A DNA stretch of 64,000 nt from Laetmonice hystrix (taxonomy: Eukaryota): the NCBI GenBank assembly GCA_965235115.1, contig OZ249436.1:53012001-53076000 (forward strand), in the 5' to 3' direction. Every line of letters begins with the position of its first letter. The stretch's first letter is position 1. Below, in pieces: positions 38,132 through 50,600 of the stretch. Under the pieces are notes generated by a model. It did no database searches and was not told the DNA's origin. It worked only from the letters and a program-made list of their open reading frames with translations. The position numbers were made by a program, and so were the translations under genes.

Positions 38132-39024
38132 GTGAGGGTACATTCTTTTATTTTTGGTTCATCTGATAGTCGGGAATTGCATGGTCAGTTATAGGCGTAG
38201 ACTGATGCCTTTTGAATGGTTCACGGGGTCGCTTCCTTTCACCTGCTTTGCCTTGCAGCCTTGCCACCTTGGCTTGGGCTTGGCTAGCAGACTGGGCAGT
38301 ATTGCTGTAGGCCTACGTCAATCTGGTTACGTGGAATGTTGACGTATCGTATGTTATGTTGACTGAGTCGAACTACCGTATTACTATTTAGTCTATTACC
38401 TCCCAACTTGGAATACATCTGCTTATCTCGCACTAAACTAAGACAAGCCAACACTTTTGTCAAATTATACTTTCCTACTTCAAAAAAGCTGTTGTGAAGT
38501 TAAAACAGTTTTAAAGTTAGCCTGTGCTAAGATGGTCCAGTTGTTTCGGTTTGAAATGCTAGATATCTGAGAGTGTGAGGTATCTGGTGACGACTGGCAC
38601 CTGCCATTGTAAGGGTGTATACCGGGCTTAATGTAAACCCTGTAGCCGTCTAACATTACATCTTTTCCTGGTCTGTGAGCACTATCTAGTTTAGAATTAT
38701 AGCAAGCACAGTGAGCCGCGAAGCGAGCTCTATTATACCCAAGGATCCGCATACGGTGCACCGATCGGATATGGAAATCTGTGGATGTTTTGCTGGTATT
38801 ACGGAGCCAGCAAAAACCTTGCAATCTGATTGGCTTAATTGCATTGCATCGGAATTCAAATTTCCCAAACGCATGGAAATCTACAAACGGCTTCCTTATG
38901 TGTCACTTCTAAAAAACGGATTCCAAACATTTAGTGACTTTTCCATTTGATTCTACCTGTAGACTATTCCCGTGAAATTGCTTGTTAGAAACGTAACTGC
39001 CAATCACTCCCATTTACGGCTGCT

Positions 39025-41260
39025 CGGGGTGGAAATTAACGCTCGCCCGTGGCAAGTTAAACCTCTGTTGGGCAACCTTGTCTGACCATTCAGGTCGCCC
39101 TGCTGGCGATTTGTCTAAAACTATTGGGCGAGTGATTTTTTTCCTGCAATCGCCTGCCCCCACAATGGCAGTCGTCATGATTGATCCTACCGGGCAGAGA
39201 ACTCAGAATGTTCAGTAGGTTCTAAGTTCTCCAGTTGCCCAATTCCAGACCTTCTAGAGTAGGGAGTTTATGTGACGTTCCAATGCAGTGGGACAAATGG
39301 TGTCACAGCCGCCGCAGGCTGTTGCGCTGTAGAAATCCTCCCAGCATAAGGTCTAATTCTTGTCAAATTATTATAAGTCTATCATCATCAGAAAGAGGAG
39401 AATCTGAGGATTCTGATGGTTATAATCACTATGCTGTACCGTGCGGGGTTGCGGCGCAAGCGCTGGTTGAAGTGGCCGACTGCATGAAAAACCGTGCCGT
39501 GCTCTCAGCGGTGAAAATGACCGAACGTTTTTGGCCTTGTCGGAAAATAGGCCTTATTATGACGCAATTTTTCATTCAATGTTACGCACAATGGGATCAT
39601 GAGACCTATTTCAGCCAATAGGAAATGACTTCAGCTATCAGGAGCCGTTTGTAACTAAACGGTAGGTCAATAAACAACGGTTTTATGCCGTTTTTTGTAG
39701 TTCTTCTCATTATAGTCACTATATTGATAATAGCTGAAATTTAGTTACAAACGGATCTTAGTAGAGTAGGGTGTTCTCTTTCATTTGGTAGTCCTTTAGG
39801 GAGTGTGTGATTAGTAACATTGAATGAAAATCGCATTTGAAAAATTTGAGTTTGGGCTGCTGACAGCCGCCGCTGCTGTAGTCAGTGCAGAGCGTAGCCG
39901 GGCTGCCTGGCTGTACGCTCTCCGTATTGTGACGTCACCGTATCTGAGTGATGACAATAAACTGTCCCGTCATATCTCCATAGTTACGGTGTCTTGCTCA
40001 TCGTGAGCAAGTGCTCATGTGAGCTTGTGTGCTGAGGGTAAACCAAAAAACCCCATCACAGCCGATGTAGAGTCTACTGCTCACGGTGAGCACTGCTCAC
40101 ATGAACAGTAAAATGCTGCTCAGCTCACACCTCAGCGGAAAACGAAACGGAAAAGCCGTTGCCATGCCATGGCTGGGAGTGGGGGTTGGGTTGTTATGTG
40201 CGGGGGGGGGGGGGGGTCATACAGGTCAGGTCTGCAGGAAATCGGGGGGGGGGGGGTGGTGGTCATACAGGTCTGCAGGGAGTTAGGTAATAGTATTAAA
40301 AACTAGTAGGCAATATAGGTTTTTTTTTAATTTTTTATTTTTCTTGATTTGTCGGCCACCTTGATTCCAATATGGCGTCTAATATGGCGGCCATCTTGGT
40401 TATGGGACTCAAATATATATGTTACAGTAAAGAGTGCAACAAATAGGAGAGAATGGAATAAGTAAATGTATGATATTTGCTGGATTCAGGCCATATATGA
40501 CAATTTTCTGATTTGGCGGCCATATTGATTCCAATATGGCTGCCAAATGGCGGCCATATTGTTTTTTTTTAATCTGAAGTGAGCCGTCATATTAACCACC
40601 TTAGTATTTGTACATTTTACCTTGAAAATCGCAAGAAATGTAATTTTAAGCATTTTATTCTTAATTAAAATGTCAAAAACACTCAAAACTGGCAGCCATT
40701 TTGAATTAAAAATGGCGTCCAATATGGCCGACATAATTTTTTCTTCATCTTATCTTATACTACTGACTTAGATCTGCAAAATAAGGCCAAGATTAAGAAT
40801 ATTGGCCCAAAACATCCAAAGTTATTTACTTCTTCATCAAAAAGCTAGACATAAAAAAGCCAAATTTGTGCCATGTTTTTAACCTCATCCCTATGGGAGA
40901 ATTGTCCCACGAAAGCCCCATTTTTTCACACTTAAAATGTCCATAACTTCGGAGAGAGACATTGTATCGAAGAAATTTAAACAGATTTGAAATGCACTCA
41001 ATGAGCCCTTTCAGCTGATGTATCACTTGTTTAGAAAAGATGCATTTGAAAAAATGGCCTAAACACCCTATCTAGAGCTTCTTCGACTGTACAGTACAGA
41101 TTTCTGTGGGTTGAATGGCTGGGCAGTGGTCATGTGGAGGGCAAGTAACCCTTCACCTGAACTCGCCCTGCTGGCTAGTTCATTTACAGCAGGGCTAGTT
41201 AAATTTCTAATTAACTAGCCCTGCTGGCTAGTAGGTGATTTCTCCCAATTTCCACCCCTG
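39025..41260. mobile_element. hAT-like MITE (CAGGGGTGGAAATT TIR family) split by a 1.8-kb nested insertion
   Basis: Segments 39025-39259 and 41071-41260 together match the reverse complement of the intact copy at 59333-59754. Confidence 0.85.
39260..41070. mobile_element. Nested non-autonomous DNA transposon (TAGGG termini, 7-bp TSD)
   Basis: Ends TAGGGAGTTTATG / CCTAAACACCCTA. TCTAGAG is duplicated on both sides, whereas the empty site in the 59.5-kb copy has it once. No transposase ORF. Confidence 0.8.
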
Positions 41261-41641
41261 GCCACTTGACTGAAATGAAAATGGTGAAAAACGCAGCCTG
41301 CCAGACTGTAGATTTAGAACCCGATCTGTTGATTTCCATTGTGACGTCACAATATCAACACTTGTGTATGACTATATGGGAAGCTGAAACAAAACTGTAG
41401 TAGCTAGGCTAACTACTAACAAAGATAAAACTACGCTCGCCCCTGGGTAGCACCTAAGTCATATTATGAGTGGCATATGAATGTTTGGCAAACCGTTTGG
41501 AACCATGTAATTGAGCATCTGTGATGAAAAAAATGGCTTATACCTGTAAGGTAAATGGTATTGAACACTCCTCAACTTTTCCTTTTCCATTGTTATTTCA
41601 GTTGCCAAAGGTGATGTTTTTGTTCTGCTCATTGTGAGAGC

Positions 41642-44600
41642 ATGAATCCACAGTACATGAACCAGGGCCCTCCAGGGCCATATAACCAGGGCCCCCCTCC
41701 ACTCCAGGGTTACGGTGGCCCTGCTGGACCAGGACCCAACATGGCCCAGCCAAGACCTCCAGGTCCACCAATGTACAACAGCAGCCCAGCTTCTCAACCA
41801 GCACAGCCCCCAGGTATGGGGGATTTTCTATGTTATTTTATCAATGTGTACTATTACTACTAGTACTATACTTGGGATGAGGGCATTTGGCTTTTAGTTT
41901 CATGGCCATTTAAGCAATCAGAGAGTATCTTTGATTTCACTGACTCCAAAATGCAGACATGGGCTGTTGTTAGACTAGATAAGGCCTTGGACTGCATCAA
42001 TAAATGTTTACCCACAGAAATGGCTGGTTGTTGACCAAATCTTTAACCTGGCATTATCTGAAATTCATCAGGCAGTGAACCAATGAATTTCATTGCCTGT
42101 TCGTGTCAATGCCAGGTTTGCTTCATGGCAGCAACTGGACTGTTGAATTTCTTTATATTTCTCCATTTCCGTGGTTATACATTATTGATTTCTATAGTCT
42201 AAGGCCTTATAAGTTATATCCACTATATTTGTATCAATAATCAATTCACTTCTTTCTTTCATCTTGCTGTGTGAACAGAAACTAGCAGCTGTGTTTCATA
42301 ACAGTTTCCTTTGTTTCTATGTTAATGCAGGCCCAGGTGGATACGGCATGAAACCTCACATGCACCCTGGGTCCGTTCCAAGTGGAGCTGGTCCCCCAGA
42401 CCCTTTTGTTAATCAAAGGTAAATAAGATCTGATAGTGTATGATCATATCTAGGCTAAAATCGTTGGGACAGGGGAGGGGCTGGAGCAATTTTGCAATTT
42501 ATTGTCTTAGAGAAGCAATTTTAACAATCTGGGTAGCAATTTCGTGATAGTCCAACATCGTAAATGACCTGGAACTAAGTGAAAAACTGAAAATGTAAGG
42601 CTTGACCTTCTATTTTGGTGTGGTAATCTCGGAATTTCTGCAATAGATGAAAATTGTGTCTTTACAAGGATGCCCGGCCAGCCAGGTCAGTATGGAGGAG
42701 GTCCTGGTCTGCCCGGAGGTCCAGGTCTGCCGGGCGGTCCACCAATGAAGAATTCACCAAGTCCAGCACAGTCATCCATTCCACCGTCCAACCAGGTAAG
42801 AGAGGCACATTGATATTTATCATACAGAAGACCGTTAGTGCCATACAGACCAGTTGATAATATCTTTTCTGAAATTATCTGGTGCTCGCCACACAATATA
42901 TATTTCAAAAAGAAAAACACCAATTATCTGGCTGCCTCTGGGAGCCGTCAGATAATTTCAGAAAAAATATTATTAACCGTGTGGCACTCGGTGTTCCTTC
43001 CATATTCTAATGATCAGAAATGCTAATTAACAGGGTCTCTCATTAGTTTAGTTTAATTAGAATGTCAAGATACTTCAGCAATTAAAATTAAAAACATGAA
43101 AAAACTAGCCAAAGAACACATTTCCTCAGTTTTATTTAGTGGTAATTAGGCTAAAGATGGGTATTTTAGGGTCAGACTGGTCAGTATTAATGTGTAAAGC
43201 ATTACTTTTTCAGCTTACAAATCAAATGGGGAGAATGGACATTTCAAGTGGAATGCAAATGAACACACCGCCCTCTGGTATGGGTGGCCCAAACACACCA
43301 CCAGGTTCTATGGCAGGCCCTCGTGTACCCATGGGTGGGCCACCCCGTCCCGGGCCACCAGGGGGCTTTAACTACAGCCAGCAACATCCACAGCATCCTA
43401 CCCAACTAATGGGGCAACCACCGATGAGGCCAGCCATGGGTGGCCCACCAACATCGGCCGGGAGCCAGCCTGGGGGTATGGGAGCTCCACCCCCTATGGG
43501 AACTCCAACATTGAATGGACCTGGTGGTTCAGGGATGAATGGGCCGTCGATGTCCAACATGGGAGGACCCCCAGTGTCTATGCCCCTGACTGGACCACCA
43601 GCATCCATGCAACAACCTGGACCCCCACCTCAAATGGTTAGGCCACGAGGGCCCCAAGGCCCTGGTCAAATGGGTGTCCCACCAGTGGGTATGCAGCCAA
43701 CATCAATGGGCATGCCACCAACGTCAATGGGAATGCCACCAACGTCCATGGGCATGCCACCAACGTCCATGGGCATGCCACCAACATCCATGGGCATGCC
43801 ACCAACATCCATGGGCATGCCACCAGCGTCCATGGGTATGCCGCCAGCAACAATTGGTGGTCCTCCAATGGGTGCGCCACCCTCATCTCACAACCAAATG
43901 GGTGGTCCACCCCCTCTAGGTCAGGGAGGGGTAGGACCCCCAGGGCCCCACATTGGTGCACCTCCCATGGAAGGGCCCTCTATGGGGGGAGGTATGCCGC
44001 CCACCAACATGCAAGGAGGGCTAGGGGATGGGCAACAGATGGGTATGCCAATGCAAGCTGGACCTAACCAGTATGGTATGAGCCAACCCCCTGGGCCAGG
44101 AGGTATACCCCCTGGGCCAGGAGGTATACCCCCTGGGCCAGGAGGACAGTATCCACAGGCTCAGCCAGGTTACCAACAGAGAACAATGCCCCGTGGACCT
44201 GCAGGGTCAATGGGAGCTATGCCGGCGCAACCCCAGCAACCGAGAAAATTAGATCCAGAGCAGATGCCAAGTCCGGTAAGCCTTTTTTGCCATGTTTTTG
44301 GTGTGTTTGTGTTTGTGTGTATTGCTACATGGGTTTACTGTGACAAGGCATTTGTAGCACATTTTAACTTGCCATGATCAAGCCAGAAGCTCTTATTGAC
44401 ATTCACATGTGTTTAAAATAATTAATTGGTCATACAATTCAAATTATTTTCATGCACAGATTCAAGTCATTGAAGATGACAAGAGCAATAAGGGTGGGCT
44501 GTTCCAGACAGGACAGCCAGGAACCGTTCCACCACTTGTCACAACCAGTATAATTACTGAAGACCAAGGTATAGTGCATGTGGTGCCCACTTGGTTGGTT

Positions 44601-47600
44601 TGAAATGAAAGAGCACAAGGAGATATTAAATTGTGCAGTCCTTATTTGTTCACCAGACTTCCTTTTCTTTATAAACAGTATAAATCACTCAACCCTTAGT
44701 ATAAACTACTGAACCCAAGCTGATCATTTTCAGTTTTTAGTGCTTTTGTTGTTGGTATATATGAAAAAAGAAAAATAAGCCCCCCCCCCCAAATGATCAC
44801 ATTATGTCATAACTGATTGTATAATTTTATGCTTAATGAAATCTGAAAATGAAATGAAATCAATACAACAAACACGTTGTATTGAAATACAGGTTCAATA
44901 CCAGGTATTGTAGTTATTTTGACATTGATGGAATCTGGCATGATATGCAGTAGCAGTGCTGCAACGGACAGTCGCCCACTCGCCCAAGGCGACCAAGTCT
45001 TGGAGTGGTCGACAAAAACGTCTGTCACACTCGCCCACTTTGGCGACCAAGGACCCGGCTGGGAGGGGGGGGAGCACACGTGGTGCTGACCCACTTTCAA
45101 ACATGGGTTTCAGTTGGAGGAGGGAGAGGAGGGGAGGAGGAGAGGGAGGCAAGGGAGGTCCTACAGAGGCTAGAGATCAATTACATTGAAAAGTAGCGAG
45201 GATTTAAGAGCCATTTATAATTTTTTTTTTTAATGACACGTCTCTTACGTTGTTAGGTTGGACCACCAAAATTTGAGGTGGACCACTAAGTATCTGGACT
45301 TACTGGTCAAGTCTGACCACCAAGTTGGTGAAACCTGTTTGCAGCACTGCAGTAGTCTTTCATTCGTTTTGATGTTTTAGGTAACTCCAACCCTAGGTTT
45401 TTCCGGTCGACGATGTACAACATCCCTTGCACAGCTGATATGCTTAAACAATCACAGTTACCACTGGCTGTCAATATAACGCCTTTTGCAAGGCTTCATC
45501 CCCAAGAGGTGAGTAACAAAAGTTAGTAGCACCTACCTCGTTAAGGTTCAAATCTCTAGGCTGTTAAGGTAAAATTGTGGTCTCATCTGTACTTATTTTG
45601 TCCTGGTACATTAGTAATGCCAGAGTTGATCTTATTTCTTGTTGCATGTCTGATGTTGCAGGCTGAACCCCCTGTTGTAGATCTTGGGGAGATGGGACCA
45701 GTCCGTTGTAATAGATGTAAAGCCTATATGTGTCCTAACATGATGTTCATTGACGGAGGTCGGCGTTTCCAATGCTGTTTTTGTGGGTGTGCAACGGAGG
45801 GTGAGTACATGTAACCATTGCTGATAACTAAATAACTGTACGCTTATCTATAAATAAACAAATTAAAACAATAGAATTATAACATTTTATGTGATTGTAA
45901 AATAACCACTTCAAGTTCAATAAGGATCTCCAACTTTACTAAGATTGTCAGCAGTTTTCAGTATTGTCGGGCCTATCACCACTAGGATTGTGAACTAGTC
46001 GATGATCAGTAGGTAACATGTTCCAAAGGTTTGTGGTCTACTTTTTGTGTCTACGTTGTGATCTGTTGAAAAGTTGTGCTTTGAAGATCATTGCAAGTAA
46101 TTGTTGTATCTTCCAGTACCACAAGAATATTTCAATCACCTCGATCACACTGGGCGACGATTTGACTGTTGGGAGAAACCAGAACTCTGTTTAGGGTCTT
46201 ATGAATTTGTAGCTACAAAAGACTATTGCAAGGTAAGTTTGACAGGTTTTTGAGCAGGCCAGAAATTATCCATTGATATGTTGATTGAGGACAACCTGGG
46301 AGGACAATGTTAAGATGCCATTAAGGTGGCCATAAGAAGATTGGATAGTAGGGCTTTCAACTTTGTGTGATTGATGGATTCACTAAGAACAAGATAGAGT
46401 ACAGCTAAACTGGCATGAATTTCTATGTTAGTGCCAAAGAGAATCAAAACAAAACTGACTGTACATCTGTTTTTTTATTTTGTCAGAATGGGCAACCTCC
46501 TAAACCACCTGCCTTTATATTCATGATCGATGTGTCGTACAATTCTGTAAAGAGTGGCCTTGTTCACTTACTCTGCAGTCACCTGAAGAAGGACATCCTA
46601 GTTAACCTGCCAAAGTAAGCCTCACATTGCCAAAGATAATGATGTCACATCATGTTCAGTTATCAAAAAAAGCTTTTTAGAATTAAGGGCCATGTTAGTT
46701 AAACAGTCTGTATGTAGTGTCACATTCTGAATAACTAACCAAAGAAATTTTTTCACTTTTTAGAGAAACTGGTGCTGAGCGTTCAGAAATCCGCGTCGGA
46801 TTTGTCACTTATGCCAAACAGATTCATTTCTATAATGTAAAAGTGAGTAATTTCTTGTTAATTTTAAAACATGAAATTTATTCGGATTATAACTAATGAT
46901 GCCATCTTGCTAATATTTCTCAAATAATCTCATCAGGGTTCGGGAATGAAAAAGGGAAAAATGCATCAAACATTAGACATGCTGGTATTTTTGTTCTCAC
47001 AGAATCTAATAAAATCATATTTAACAGTGAATAAAGAAGTTTACTTAATCAACAAAATGTCCTGGAAAATGTGTCTTGGAAATGTCCTGTAATTATATAT
47101 TAGACTAAAGTTGTATGAACCCTGACTTACACATTACATTCTACTGTCCACAGAGTAATCTGGCCCAGCCTCAGATGATGGTGGTCTCGGACGTACAAGA
47201 TGTGTTTGTTCCTCTCCTTGATGGGTTCCTAGTCAGACTCGAAGAGTCAGAGGCAGTCATTGACAGGTAATAAATAACAATTGAGTGTTGAGGTCTCAGC
47301 AGCAGCATTCAGTGAAATTGTCCATGAGGAAACACTCGATTTTTACCACGGATTACACTTAACGGCACCTTTTTTGCATCTTGTCAGTTTACTGGAGCAG
47401 ATCCCGCAGATGTTTGCTGACAGTCGTGAAACCGAGATCATCCTAGGGCCAGTGATCCAAGCAGGTATGGATGCCCTAAAGTCTGCTGACTGTGCAGGAA
47501 AGCTACTCATCTTCCATTCATCTCTACCTATTGCTGAAGCCCCAGGGAAGCTCAAGAACAGAGACGACCGCAAGCTGCTTGGCTCTGACAAAGAAAAGGT

Positions 47601-50600
47601 TGGTTTATCCACCAGATGTTACACTGGAACGTAATTGCTCGCCTGTGGTTAGTTCAATTATAAGTTTCAAAAGGTTACACACAGGTAAATTATGTGTACA
47701 TGTATTTGTTTCTGAATGCTTGTTTCAGTGGGTGTTTAACTTTATTGTTAAATCAGTGTATACCTTATACTGTCAGATTACTTTGAGTGTACTAAAGGCA
47801 TGATCACATAACCAGATATCTATTTCTGTAGGTAGAATCATGAGGATTTATTGCTGGTATTGTGTTTCCTTCAGACACTGTTAACGCCCCAGGGATCATT
47901 CTACACCAAGCTTGGTCAGGAGTGTGTGGCCGCATCATGCTGTGTGGATCTCTTCCTCTTTCCCAACTTCTACATTGATGTGGCCACCATCGGCGAGGTG
48001 ACACGGCTGTCAGGGGGCCAGATTTATAAGTACATGTACTTCCAGGTAAGAAAAATAGTTAGTAGGAGGAACCTTGTGCTGTCCACAGTCCATGAGAATA
48101 AAAGTCAAACCCAGTAACCGTGACTTCAGTTCTAGGTGAAGTGTCCCTTTAATTTCAGGCTGACCTGGATGGGCAGAGATTCCTTGAGGAGTTAAAGAAC
48201 AATGTAATGAGGCCCATTGCATTCGATATCATCATGAGGGTGCGGACAAGTACAGGTACGAGGTCATTCCCACCTAATTTTTCATTGGCAATGTATCTAC
48301 ACAAACTATCAAAATGAAATAAAGAAGGGAAAAGATGTTTCTTTCAGTTCTGTTAAGTTTATCTCTTTACATGAACAGAGCATAATTTTTCACCCTCTTC
48401 AATTTCAACAAAATAATGCTGCGTGAAGAACTCTCGATATGGCCGGTAATCAGACATACCTCTGATCCTTGTAGGTATTCGACCTGTTGACTTCCTGGGT
48501 AACTTCTACATGTCAAACACCACTGATGTGGAATTGGCAGCAGTGGACTGTGACAAGTCTATCAACATTGAGATCAAACATGATGACAAGCTGAGTGAGT
48601 CAGAAGGAGCCTATATGCAGGTAGGCACAGTTATCTGAAGGGAGTAACATGGTCAGTACATTTATCCTTCGGTTGAACAGAATACTGAAACGTGATTGGT
48701 CAGTTTATCAGAAATATACAGTAGAACCTCACCTAACGACCACCTCAGAACTAAGACCACCTCAAAAATACGACCACTTTTGAGCAGTCCCAAAATTATC
48801 CCTATATTTTCAATGCATTTAAGTTTCAGAAATACGACCACCTCGGAATTCACTTTTACGACCACTTATTTCAGTCCCAAATTGGATTCAACCTCACAAT
48901 AACGACCAGTCAGTGACCAGATGGAGTGGCTGGCAGTGTTTGTACATGTACGAGGTGCTTCTGCCCACCTTGACCCTTAATAACAGCAGTGTTTGTAGAG
49001 ACTTTATGAACACAATGGGAGGTGCGACTTGGATTAATGGGCCGAGGTGTTTCTGTCCACCTAGACCCTACTTGAGTCACTATAAACCGAGACTGATTTT
49101 TGTATCCCACACACTTGTTCTTGTTCATCCAACTCAGTCTTGTCATAGTTTTCAGTTATTCCCAAGTTTTAGAGTGTGTCTCTTCATGCAAATAAACACT
49201 GGAAAAGGACATAGGAGGCCTATACATTATGTAAATGTAGGCCTATGAATCTTTGTCTATTGCATCCTTTACTGATATCATGCTGATATACCTATGAGCA
49301 TCCCTAATCCAGGTTAAATGATAGGCCTCCCCTATACTCAAAACCCTTCCTAATCCAGGTCAAATTTCAGAATTACGACCAACTCAGAATTACGACCACT
49401 TTCGGCCAGTCCCTCAGGTGGTCGTATTTGTGAGGTTCTACTGTATTCCTGTATTGCGTAGCTGATGCTGTATTGCATAGTGCCTCGTTTTTAGGCTTCC
49501 ACCACTATGAAATCACAATCAAAGTGCAGGGTTCGATCATTATGACGTGACAATGAAAGATGTAAACGTGTAGGGCTAGCCGCTGCACTGTGGCGTCACA
49601 ATCAGAGTGCAGAGTTTGATCATTCTGACGTGACAATGAATGAATCAAACAAGGCACAATCAGATGTAAATAAACATTGTAGGCCTATGCTGTTTTTTAG
49701 GGGGGGGGCTTTTTAATGAGTGAACCAAATGATAAAAGCATCATCCCATATGTCTGATATTACATAATACAGAAATATACCGACCTAAAGGTCCCGTATC
49801 CCATTCGGCCTTCGGCCTCATGGGATATGGGACGTTCAGGTAGGTATATTTCCGTATTACGTTATGGGATCACTAACAGTATCCTTGAGTTTCAGAGTAA
49901 ATTTGACACGAGACCATATGAATAGGTGTTAACTCGCCATCTCTAGACAGAAATCTGCCATGAGAGAAATTCTACCACCCTTGTTTACACCAATATTTTG
50001 GCTCCCCCAGTGTATTGCACCATAATGAGGTACATTAATTTTTGAAATACGTTTTGTGATGATTTTTTAAGGCTGCTGTGCTGTACACAACCATGTCAGG
50101 AAAGCGACGTTTGAGAGTACTAAACATGGCTTTCAACTGCTGCACACAGCTGGCAGAACTCTTCAAGAACTGCGAACTCGATACCCTCATAAATCACATG
50201 GCCAAAGTCGGTAAGACCTGTTATTGGAATAGCATGATTACATGTGCCCTGCTAATAATAGCCATTATATGTGGTGGCCGTTTAAAAGTACATGTATGTG
50301 TCATGTATGGGGGCCATACAACTATTTATAGATGCATTTCAGACATCACCAGTATCATAGTTGTGTGTTTTAAAACTGTAATGCCCTATCTGAGTCCAAA
50401 GCAGGAAAACAACTTGTAAATTGTCCTTTTCATAGCTCTGTATTTTTCCCCGTAATTTTGTTCTGTTGATGGGCCCACTTTTTTAGTGAGATTCATACAT
50501 GTATACATGTCATCAAGAGTGAACATTGAATAAACTTAAGGATTTTCTCCCATATAACGTTCTTGTCCTTTACAGCCATCCGTTCAACATTGAATACAAC

